A DNA stretch of 64,000 bases, from assembly GCA_000708835.1 (NCBI GenBank), contig DF237445.1, forward strand, positions 1-64,000, read 5' to 3'. Made by a program: the position numbers and the translations under genes. This document shows positions 11,601 through 27,458 of the stretch, in pieces. Each line of letters opens with the position of its first letter. The first letter of the stretch is position 1. The notes under the pieces were generated by a model. The model was not told where the DNA came from. It saw only the letters and a program-made list of their open reading frames with translations, and ran no database searches. The DNA comes from Klebsormidium nitens (lineage: Eukaryota > Plantae > Klebsormidiophyceae).

Positions 11601-14600
11601 GTGTTCTGTTCTAGCTTTCTTCGGTCCTTATGGAGGAGAGGCACCGATTGCAGGTTCAGGAAGACGTTGTCCTTTTAAAACATGGTTTAAGCTAGCACCG
11701 AGTAGAGTCCTCTTTCAACAGCTGCCCAGCAGACAAGCCGCCCAGAGCTGTTTTCCGCCGAAACTTTCTGATTGTATTCCGACCCTCCTCGTGTTCAAGT
11801 TTCGCAGCCTTTGATCCTCTTTCTAAAATGGCCTTGACAAGAAGAGCAAGCGGAGGAAAGAAGACGTCTCCTTTTCCCAGGTGCGCGAGCTGTTCGACGT
11901 GCGCTTCGGCATGTTCACCTACGACGACGAGAGCCGCGAGTTCTGGTTCTCGCAAACGTCCATGGAGTCCGAATCCGAGTTTCACTTAGTGGGCATCATT
12001 CTGGGGCTTGCCATCTACAACAGTGTGATCCTCGACGTGCACCTGCCGCTAGTGGTCTACAAAAAGCTGCTGGGCGGGAAGCCGACGCTAGAGGATTTGA
12101 AGGACGCGCGGCCCGCCGTGGGGCGCAGCCTGCAGAAGCTGCTCGACTTCGAGGGGGATGTCGAGAGCGCTTTCGGGCTTGATTTCCAGGTGAGGGATTT
12201 TTAGATTTGTGATTCAGGTCTTTGTGGTTCCGGCAACTGAGGGGTCGACTCAAGGCCGAAGGAATTTGGCTTTGGAGTTCTGGTGAAGCTGGATCCAGGG
12301 GAATATGCTGCAAAAGCTCCAGAGCCTGTTGAAAATGCGAAGACGTGAACTTGGGCGTGAAGCAGCCCATGGAGTGAATTGTAGGCGGCTGGGCCACAGT
12401 AAATGCAAGGATAAGAAAATCTGGCGCTGAGCGGTTTCGTCGAAGCGGATTACGTCCTTCCAAACCGCACGTAACATCTTGCCTCCAGAGTGGTTGATCG
12501 CGGGTGGCAAATATGCAGGTGTAGCCGTGTCGATGTCTTTAACGGAGCGCTCTTCTTTGATCGACAGGTGTCGTACGAGAACTTTGGTGCCGAGGTAATC
12601 CATGACCTGATAACCAACGGCGGCCAGACCCCCGTCACCAACGCAAACAGGCAACAGTAAGCGATCCCTGGGCTCCAACAACCCCTCACGTGCAGAACGC
12701 CCCTAATTAGTCAAACTCTTATTTCCGCCTTGCCATCCGTCGAGCTGAGCAACGCCTTCGTCGATCCTGCCGTCCCCACCTGCTATGGATCTGCTTGTGG
12801 CGCTCTATGAACCAGGTCTCCATGAACGCAACAATTGTTTCCAGACCTCTATCATAGGAGTCATTCATTTGCAGCTCGCACGAGGCCCCGCAACACGACT
12901 GCTGGATTTTTCCTGAGCCTCTTCTCATTCTGAATATTTCTTTGTCGTTCTTCCAGATACGTGGAGCTTTACGTCAAGTACGTGCTCGAGGAGTCGATCC
13001 AGACGCAGTTCGACGCCTTCCGCAGAGGGTTCCTCCAGGCACGTGACGCCTACCCCTCACTTGCCGTTGCCTTTGCAAATCGCTGGCCCGTTCCTTCAGC
13101 AGAGATGCGTTCCTACTCCAAGGAACTCCTCTGCCAAAGCGTTACCCTTCGTGTGCAACATCTTACGTCATCATTTGCGTATGTCTCTTCGACCGGAGTT
13201 GCGTGGCAACGCTCACAACCTGATCTGTACCTGCTACGCTCTGCTTACTATGCGCCTGCTCGTTCGCCTCCAAAAGTGGCGACCGAAAGCTGGGTGATCG
13301 ACGTTCTGGTCGCCATTAAGCTAACCTCCGATCGTCTCTTCCAGGTATGTGGCGGCCCCGCCCTGAGTCTGTTCCGCCACGAGGAGCTGGAGCTACTCGT
13401 CTGCGGACTGCCGCACTTCGACTTCGACGTGAGCTCCGCTTCCTAGCCTTGGCAGGGGGCGGGCAATTGTCGTTGATGATCCCAGCTTCGCACTTTGGCA
13501 GACTCCGATTTTGATATGCTTTGAGTTACTTACCCCAGAAACGATCTTTGACGTTGCGTTGGTATGTGAAAAAGGCATTGCGGCGAGGCGAGCACCCTCC
13601 CTCCGTAATCCTGAACGACCTTTGCAGTGGTTCTTGTCACGATTGTCTGTCTTCTTAAAACTTGCTGATACCTCAGGCTTCAAAGTTGCATTGATTGACT
13701 GACCTTGTTTGGTTCCCGGCAGGCTCTGTCCAAGGAGGCGCGCTACGAGGCGGGCTTCACCAAGGACAGCCCCGTCATCAAATGGTTCTGGGAGCTGGTA
13801 AGCGGCCACGTCGGCCTCAATCCGCAAAGCCTTGAGCGCCAACTGGGCACACTCTTCAAGAACGAAACAACTGGCAGATCGACGCGCAATAACTGGTCTC
13901 AGCATCCAGTGTCAGCCCCACGATCCAATCTGGACGTGCTTGGGAGCACATTGAGAACCCTTTGACTCACGCTCAACAGTAGCATACAAGAATTGAGTCA
14001 ATTAGCCAGTAAAGTTGAGAGGTACCAAACTGGCTAACACCTACAAAAGGCACAACAGAAAGCCCGTAACGAAGGATGGGGTTGATGATCCCCCTTGCGT
14101 ATGTCTTGGCAGCACGTGGGCAGGACATGTGTCCACCAACAATTGGTCAATGGAAGCGAAGCCCTTAGCGAAAAGCAAGCGGATCGATGCTTGGTTACCA
14201 GCACGTTTATGCACCCCGGCCCGATGGTCTTGGAATCTGTACCCTGCAACAATCCGGATCTTCCTTTCCATGAACCTTTCTCGCCCCTCTCCCAATATCA
14301 GGTGAAGGCCATGTCGCTGGACGAGAAGAAGAAGCTGCTCTTCTTCACCACGGGGTCCAGCCGAGCGCCCATCGGCGGACTCTCAGAGCTCCGCTTTGTC
14401 GTTCAGCGGATGGGACCCGACACGGACAGGTCAGCGCAGCAGGTTCTTGTTGCTGAAGGATCTTCAAAATGTGTGTGCCGATTGGTCCGTCCGGTTGCAA
14501 TGATGGAAGGTTCAATCTGAGGCGCGTTGCCTGCCTAGTTGAGGTTAAATTTTGCCGTTGAACTTCTGGGGTGCTGGGGTGACCTTCTTGGCAGGTGCTA

Positions 14601-14968
14601 GGAGCGGTGAGTGCGACTTCCCTTGTCTCTGAATCAATTCCGAATTTCGGTGGTGACATTCGGCAAATGTAAGGGTTGCCGTATTGAACAATGTCAAACC
14701 AATGCTGATTATCCCGCCTTCGCATCCACCTCCTTACCTGATCGTGGTCGTGGACGCATGTAGAACTTCGACGACATCGAGTTGCAGGCGATTCTCAACC
14801 TAGTTTGTAATCAACATTTTCCTTGACCAGGTTTGTGTGTTGCGCAGGCTGCCCACCGCGCACACGTGCTTCAACGTGCTGCTGCTGCCCGAGTACGCCA
14901 CCAAGGAGAAGTTGGCCGACCGGCTTCACCTCGCCATCAAGAACGCCGAGGGCTTCGGCCTGCAATGA
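2631..14968 (+). CDS. RCC1-repeat + HECT E3 ubiquitin ligase (small-HERC-like architecture), about 22 exons; first exon and start codon uncertain
   Basis: About 7 RCC1 repeats ([88 protein letters not shown]), a PEST-like linker, then HECT motifs ([56 protein letters not shown] with the catalytic Cys). Stop TGA at 14966-14968. Confidence 0.93.
3554..3634. repeat. Tandem duplication, period 43 bp (38-bp identical unit), in a HERC intron
   Basis: TCTTGAATGCCACTTAGGTTCTTTGACAATCTGCAGGG at 3554-3591 and 3597-3634. Confidence 0.9.
10572..10716. mobile_element. Short intronic foldback element carrying the same G-rich core as element A, in opposite orientation
   Basis: AAGCTCTAGGTATAGTATAGTAAGC (10572-10596) is imperfectly inverted to GCTTACTAAACCTAAAGCTT (10697-10716). 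The reverse complement of 10631-10686 aligns to 1749-1806 at about 80% by eye. Confidence 0.6.
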
Positions 14969-16277
14969 CACACGCCCCACTCTGCTGCTCCACGTGGCTT
15001 GTGCATGAGGGAAACGCAGGTGGGGAGCGCAAGAGTAGGTGCATGGATTCGAACGGAAGGGTATTTTATAGAGCATGGTGTATAGTAAGATAGTGTGAGA
15101 CCGAATACCTCTCGCTGAGCTCTAAGATGATGAAAAGCTTGCTGCCACCCGAAAGCAATAAGGTTCTCTAAACGAATGGAAACCAGGTAACAGGCTACTG
15201 TGCAAGTTCAATGTGTGAAAGCAATTGGCATCGACTTTGAGGCATCATGCAACTTTGCACTCTAACCATTGAGGCAGCTTGATTGGTCGGACGATATTTT
15301 CATTAGGCGGTGACGATCAGCCGTCTCTCAGTTGCCTGCATGCGATCATGGACAGGCAATCTCCAAGGAGCATGAATCATTCCAGTCAAAGTTTGCAATC
15401 AAGCGCGGCGGCTTCAATGCAAATCAATCACTGAGCTTGAGCATAGTCACGATCGAATAAGGTACAATTATTCACTTAATTATCAAAAGTGGCACCGCGG
15501 CACACCATGCAAACACGATATAGGTAGCAATTCTTTCATGCATCACGTGGCTAGTAAGGCATAGAATTTAAAATCATGTACGTAGAATATGGCACATGTG
15601 CGGGCCGCGCCACACGCCAACACACACATGTTGAATGTACCATACTAACGCATGGCCGTCTGTCATCTCCCATCAGTCTACACTGACAGCCGCACGGCCG
15701 CACTACGTTTGACTCAAGGCTACTGAGCTATAGGTGGCTATGTACCTGCGCATGCACGCAGTGCACTGTTCATTAGAATCCAATCATTTGAAAAGCAATC
15801 GCATTCACTGAGCCTATACGTATACAGAAGCGTCATGCAGATCATTGAGTCACCTGCAGCAAATCATCGTATTGCTCCTGCATACATGCGCGCGTACATG
15901 AGCGCATGCAAACCCTGTTGCTCCACGACGGGTCGCTGCCCTCATCATGACGACCAGCGCAAAGATTGAGCGGCATGGCCGTTACGGCTAGTCATATGTA
16001 CCCCACGTCCCACATGCGCTGTTCTGCCCATTAGCCCTGCTTGCAGCTGCTGGCTAAGTAGGAGCGGCACAGAATATTAAGTGCATTCTGATTGACGGTA
16101 TCCAACTTGAATGATCTCTGCAAGAGGATGCGAAAACGCACATGGGCACATGCCTACTATCTTTAACCGAGCGGAAGAATCGAAGTCAATTTCGCAATCG
16201 CGTTGCACCTCTACAAACACTGAGAGGTATCAAAACTCTATCTTGGCCAGGCAACCAGACCAAGCAACTTTACAAGC

Positions 16278-20876
<4,599 letters not shown>

Positions 20877-21072
20877 GACTCCCTCGAACAGGGCACTACT
20901 GCTACCTCTCTGGCAAACCTTTCAACGAGGAATCCTTAGCTGCGACCCCCTGATTCTGTTTGAAGCAGGCGCTCAGAAGATTCTCTGAACGTACCAAAGT
21001 TTGAGCAGCCTCTGCACAAGTTCAAATTTGGTTCATTCAAGGCACAAGATTAGAACACATGCAGGCAAACAG

Positions 21073-21081
21073 AAACCCTAA
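21073..21081 (+). promoter_or_regulatory. Telo-box motif AAACCCTAA in the 422-bp TS / MUT-7 divergent promoter
   Basis: Exact motif roughly midway between the two ATGs. Function not shown. Confidence 0.3.
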
Positions 21082-21298
21082 TTTCTTGAATTTCAGAAAG
21101 GCTGAGTTCTTGAACTGCGACAGGAGACTTTTATTGATGTCAGCTGGGTACCTTTTCCGATATTCAAGTGGGCCTGTATCATTATTCTTCCGAAAAATGC
21201 GCTTGAAGGTACAGTTAATTTTATTCTTGGAGCATATTGCCCGTGCGTTGCCCTTCAAGTTCTCCATCGCACTTGCTGCAATTCCTTCCACAGCCCCC

Positions 21299-24200
21299 AT
21301 GGGCGCTACTGACGTTTCGTCATCCGACGAGGTCTGTTCCTCAAGCTACTGGAGTCTGCCGCTGCCAACGTCCGATGTCTGCTTTGTGGACACCCCAGCA
21401 GCATTCGAAGCGGTGGCGCTTGCTCTAAAATCTGCAGCAATCGTGGGACTAGACTGCGAATGGAAGCCTGTGGCGAGCAAGACAGGTCGGGCGGCATCGA
21501 GGGGTTCCCCAAAGGTTGCAGTCCTGCAGATTGCAGTCCGGAAGAGAGCGGTGCTGAAAAATGCGAAGCGGGAGGTGTTGTTTGTGGTGGTGAGCGCTGA
21601 TGCTGTCTCTCCTCTCAAAAGAGTTATGATCAATGTCCCGACAGAGCTCTCAAAAGATAGGTCCTATCTTTTGCCCAGGCCTTTGTCTTCTCATACCAAG
21701 TTTTGTCTCATTCTGTAACAGGGGTGTTCTTGGTGCTCTCCTGCATCTTTGAGCTTCTGCAAGCCCCACTTGTTCAATCTAAGATTCTGCGACACCGTCT
21801 TGACTCCTTGACCCCAACTAACCTCACAATTACTCTTTGTCAACAACAGTCACTCTCTCAACATTGCAAATCACTCCTTTCTTGTAGGACATGCTGGCGC
21901 TCAAGCCGTCAGTGTTCGCTGCGCCCCTGAAAGCGATGCTGAGCAGCCCCCACATCCTCAAGCTTGGCTACGCTTTCAAGGACGATCTCCGTCACCTGGC
22001 GGCTTCCCATCCAGGCCAGGACGCAAAGGGTTGTTTTGACAAAGTGGAAAACTTTGTTGATGTGGGGAAGCTCTTCCACACCGTCAAAGGGGGCTCAGAC
22101 TCTTGGATAGTGGGGACGGGGGGATTGGCAGCGATTACAAACACCGTGCTGGGGCTTCCACTGGACAAGGTACAGCGGAGGTCTTGCTACCAGAGGATTG
22201 ATTCATCTACTGTGGACACTTTGTTCTTTCAAGGACTCCAGGGCCTAGCCTTACAACGTCTGCCTCTCTTCCTTTCACCTGTTCAAATCAGAGTGATCCT
22301 CCACCATCTTGTCTGATCAAACAGCCGAACGTCAGCTCCCTTCAAGAGGAAAAGCTAATTGCCTACTCAAAGCTGCCAGAACCACAGAGCGCATATAGCC
22401 CCCTTCTTCACAAGCTGTTGAAGTACAATGTTGCTGTAATCTGCACACACGATGACGAGGCCCCAAATCCCTCAAACTCAAAAAGAGTCGATATCCCTGT
22501 GCAGGAGCTCCAGTGCAGTGACTGGGAGGCCCGCCCCCTGTCTCAGGCACAGCTTCTGTATGCAGCGACTGATGCCTACTGTTTGTTGCCCATCTACGAC
22601 GCCCTCTTGCACGAGTCCTCAAGGGATGCTCAGCCAGGTGAGACTGCCATGTCCAGGAGATCCAGCCCCTCGCAAAGATAAAGATCAAGGATGTGGAATC
22701 TCTGGCTTGATGGCGAGGGATCACTTCGAACAACAGTTTGGCTGAGGATCTTTCGCGCCCTCAGATTAACTCCGTTCATGCCCCAGGCATGCGCTTCGAA
22801 CTTAGCGTCCTATCAATGTCAGGGGTGTCTCAGCTGTTGGCCAGACTTCCGGATACTGGTTACTGAGTCCCCTTCTATGCACTCAACATGCTAGTGTATC
22901 TGCGGCCAAACGCGTTTAGGTCATCGGCTGATCGTGAAATGCTTGTGGTAAGATCTCAAACGAACACGTCATTCCTACAACAGGGCCCCTCGTCCAACTT
23001 GTCGGCCCACAGAAGCCTTCCCCCGCTTTGAGCATCGCAGCTGCTCTAGACTTAAACCCCCCCTCGACCGCTGACGTCAGCCACACGTCGTCCTGCCTAC
23101 CTGCCACGTGTCTCCTCAGCTCTCGCAGCATCTCCCCTGCGGAGGTCGCCACCGCGGCAAGCCTGAGCGCTGCGGGGCTCGATGGAACGGAGGAAGATGT
23201 GGCGCTAGCGATGGGGCGCTTTGCAGAGCGGTTGAGCCTGAACAGCATCAACCACGACGTGGGAAGCAAGAAGCCGAAGTACGTTTGTGAGGGTTGATGT
23301 CCCCTCGCTTGTAAGCTTCACTTAGGTACTTGAGGTCGTTTTTGACAGAAGCAGTGGGCAAAACGCTTTGTCAGCAATATGAAGTCCGGGCTCATTTGAT
23401 TTGTCTTTTTCGCAGTGGTAAGCAACAACCTGTTCCTGGACGCATTTTCATGTACTCGTTTCGTCGTGACCATTTCGGGGTTACTACTGGACGTACTAGG
23501 GTGTTACGAGTAGCCCGCACCTTCCGAAAAGTATTCGACCTCCTCAGACCTGATGCCCCAGTTTTGATCAAGGGCTTCTAGGTTGGAGGCTGGCATGGAC
23601 GAAGTGGTCCCTTCTTAGTTGGAATTCAACACCTCCGCATTTGGACTCCTTAAATCCAGCTCACAACCGAGGCAACTTGCTGTTTTGCAGAAAACGGCAC
23701 GGATCAAAGGCCAGGAGACCTCTGGAGGCAATCGACGGTCAGGGATTGTTGGACGACTGCGAGTGGTCAGGGCCGCCCCCCTGGGAGGAGGACGCCGCGG
23801 CGGGGGGCAGCGGCGAGCCCAAGTTTCTGTGCGATGTCCACGTGGAGGGGCTCGCCCGGCAGCTGCGGTGAGGGGCCACCGTTCCTTGGCCTCTTCGATT
23901 GTTGCGGGGCGAGGTTGAGTATGTGGCACAGTGCGGTTGTGGCTTGTTCTTCGGGCTTTTCGTGGGAACGGCAAGGGTCCTTGCAGACTTTGGTGTGTCT
24001 GGCGTTTGCGTTATCCCTTGTTTCGTACCTTCCCGTCAACGCAAAGTCCGCGACTCTAACAAATACCACCCCTTTCTCATCAACTGGGACGACTTCTCTG
24101 GAAAGCGGAACGCCGGAGGTCCTTCTGAAAGGCAACTTGTGTGCCTTCAATCTCTTTGGAACGCCCTCATTTCGACACCCTCCTAGTATCCGCAAGCGTT

Positions 24201-26014
24201 GATTCCTTTTGAACCCGTACTCATGTTAGAAGAACTCCGAATCGCGTAGGTGCCGGGCGTTGACACTAAATCCGCCGCAGGTCCATCTTTCCGAGCGACT
24301 GTTCACTCATCTCCCGGTTCCTGAGTGTCAACCCGTCCCTCGTCTGCTCAGGTGTGTGGGCTTTGACACTGCCTCCGCTGTGGGTCCCCGGTCGGACCCC
24401 CGCCAGATGGTGGAGCAAGCGGAGCGGGAGGGCCGCGTTCTGCTGACCCGCGACCGGCGGCTGATTAGAAGACGGCTGCTGCCCCCCAACAAAGCTTACC
24501 TGGTGAGAGAAAGGAACCAGCTGCGCTCCAGCTAGCGTCAGAAGCTGCACACAGGGCGTATTTTAAAACAGACGTCGGGTCGTCTGTCGCATATTGCACG
24601 ACCCGACGTATGTTGTACAAGCCTTCCGCCTTCGGTAATCGGCTCACAAGCGTGTCTGGCAAGAAGTGGGCGATCTTCGAGAGGCCGCCATTCTCCGTTG
24701 CCTCAACGGCTTCTACTAAGATTGCTCACGTCAAGAGTGTTTTTGTGTCCCTCAAACCTCTCGCCATGTTGTGGAAGACACTCAGGAAGAAGGGACACTC
24801 ATTTCCAGGGAGGCACATACCCTTATTCACTCACGACAAAGTTTAGCCCTCCCCTTCCTCCCGCGATTGCAGGTGAAGGCTTTGGGCAAGCAGGCCCAGC
24901 TGAGAGAGGTCCTGAGCGCCTTCAAGCTGGGCGTGCGAGCGCGTCGGCTTCTCTGTCGCTGCATCAAGTGCAACGGCGAGTTCGTAACAACGCCGTTGGG
25001 GCCCCGCGAGGCCGCCGCCACGGCGCCCTGGTCGCAGGTTATTCCGGAGTGCGCGTTGCGCGCGCACACCGAGTTCTGGCAGTGCGCTGCGTGCCGGCAC
25101 ATCTATTGGGAGGTGAGAGGGAAGCATTTTTGAGAGCAGATCGGATGCGGCGAAAGGGGAATACAAAGAAAGAAGACTCCTCGGAAGTGTGATTGCGTGC
25201 TGCTTGGAAGGGCCCGACTACGTACGATTTCTGTTGCCGCAAGCTGTTCGATGAAATACCAAGCCCGGTCTCTGATCATTGAAACCCGGTCCCTGGGTTC
25301 CAGTGTTTTACGGTTTTGGAGCTCAGTCAGTGCAAAAGCTTGCCATGACTACGCAGATGTCTCATCTTTGGTTCGAATAACAAGATTATTTGGATGCATT
25401 CCTGAGTGCGAAACGGAACGTGGCGTCGGTGAGAGCAAAAGAAGGATGAAGCGCAAACACTTCCATTTTTGACGGCTTCGGATCTTTGCAACGGCCAGTT
25501 CGTTGCTCCTAGGATTGCAATGCATCTGGAACGCTGGGCGACAAACCTGCTCTCGCAGTTCCTCTTCTCAAATGCTGCTCGTCGTGCGATGCTGCAGGGT
25601 ACCCAGTTCCAGCGAGCGATACTGCAGTTTGAGGCTCAACTTGAAGGCATCATGGAGGGCACGGTTGCAGAGGACAGGTTCTCCAAGTCGAGTCTAATCG
25701 TTATGAATGTTGAGGACAACGAAAATGATAATGCTAGAGCGTCCGATAGCAAAATCATTGTTGGGTACTGCACCGAACCTGGTGAAGAGAAACAAGAGAT
25801 GGACGAGTTGATCGGGGCCTTAGGGCCTGAGAGCGACTCCAGAGAGGAGAAGATTGGCGGTTGCGATTCGAGGGCAGATAGCGAGGTGGCGGTGCAGATT
25901 CCGGATGGAAGTGCGCGGGTGAAACGGCCGTGCAAGACATGCGCGGAGCGGAGAAAGAAAAAGGCGGAAAGAAGACAGTTGCTTGCTAGTCCAACTGAAA
26001 CGGACAACGCATGA
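21299..26014 (+). CDS. EXD3: MUT-7/EXD3 (Nibbler)-like 3'-5' exonuclease: DEDDy exonuclease domain + Mut7-C domain
   Basis: IVGLDCEWKP, LKLGYAFKDDL, LPLDK|ELQCSDWEARPLSQAQLLYAATDAY; Mut7-C motifs KFLCDVHVEGLARQLR|CVGFD, EGRVLLTRDRRL, RCIKCNG...FWQCAACRHIYWE|GTQF. GT-AG junctions. Confidence 0.9.
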
Positions 26015-26167
26015 TAGTTCTTGCAAAGTAAAGTTTTTCGACGTTGAAAAATGCATTATGCATGTGGATCGGATTCCGAAGTTTCTTACGTCAAGACATG
26101 TACCAAGTCAATCCAAACCACGAGCTCGCGACCACTTAATGTGAGTGCTCATAGAAGTAGGTTGGGC

Positions 26168-26511
26168 GCAGACTGTCAGAACCCGTGGAAGGCTAGAACG
26201 TGGACCAAATTCGGACCTTTTGAAACCCCCCACCGTTTTGTACCCTGAACAGTAGTATTGGCCGGGGATCAAGGATACCTAGCTCCAGAGACTCTACCGG
26301 ACCGTGTGTCGACGTACCCGGTGCCGCACTACGGCCGCTGGCGACTGTACCTCGGTACACCGCACCGGCTATGCAGCCGGTGCAGTTTCTAGGAGTCAGG
26401 ACCTCGAACCGGACCGCGCGCTGGAAAGGGTACTACACTTTGGTAGGGTCCCCAAAGTGCGAATTTGGTCCATGCACGTTCTCCTTCCACGCATTCTGTC
26501 ACTTTCCACAC
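26168..26511. mobile_element. MITE-like foldback element C with about 55-bp imperfect TIRs and a 12-bp near-identical flanking direct repeat
   Basis: From 26174, TGTCAGAACCCGTGGAAGGCTAGAACGTGGACCAAATTCG; reverse complement ending at 26501, TGACAGAATGCGTGGAAGGAGAACGTGCATGGACCAAATTCG. AGTAGGTTGGGC (26156-26167) and AGTAGGTAGGGC (26512-26523) flank it. Confidence 0.65.
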
Positions 26512-27458
26512 AGTAGGTAGGGCAATGGCATGAAGGCTTTATCTGCTTCATGACGCATCATGGCATGCATGCTGCGCCAGGTTGCCATGTCATTTGTGCA
26601 TGTGGATGCAGGCCCATATACTAATACTTTATAGGGCCGCGTACGCGTGCAGGCTTCCGACCATCAAATGTGTTGCAACACGAACCCGATCATTAAGTTG
26701 ATCCCGACACGGCATATTGTCACTTCATGCACTGACCTCCTTCTAGCTATTTAATGCATGTATCAAACTAGACCATGCAAATCAGGCGTACGTGATGATA
26801 TAAACGTAGTTGCATCAATGGATACTATATTACATGAAAGCGGGCCCGACAAGCATGTCTTTGATCGGCTCTTTATAGCACATCGTATATCATCACGTGG
26901 GTACAAGTTGAGAATGTTGACCTGCCGCAGTTTAGTGAAGTGCATATAGATTCGTCTCTGCAGGCTGGGCGAACGTTTGGTTGCCGCTATGACATTTCTT
27001 ACTGACTCGACTATCGAGCATTCTACACTACTCTTAGCAACATTCCTACAGTGACCATCTGACGCCGGCTGATTTTCGAGATAACAATCAGCTTTCATTG
27101 AGCATTCTGAATACCTACTAAAATTACTCGATCACAAGTTACGCTTAGCACAGTGGGGTCCTTGCGACCTCAAGTGCCAAAGCAAGTGTAAACTACAACG
27201 ATTGCGTTCCGGAAGAGCTGCGATCGTGACACAAAGCAACAGGGCCCCCTCAGACTGACTGTCATAGCCTGGCTTCTCTCCTTGCCGAGTGTGCGCTGCC
27301 ACTCCAACAAGGGGGACACCTCTACCGGGGGCATCTTAGCGCCTCATCTTATAATTCAGTAGCCGAAGCACGTTGGAAGGAACCTCTTGGAACACGTCCA
27401 AAAGAAGCAAAATATATATAGGCGCTTGATAGTGCGTTCGGAGGAGGAGCGACGGTTT

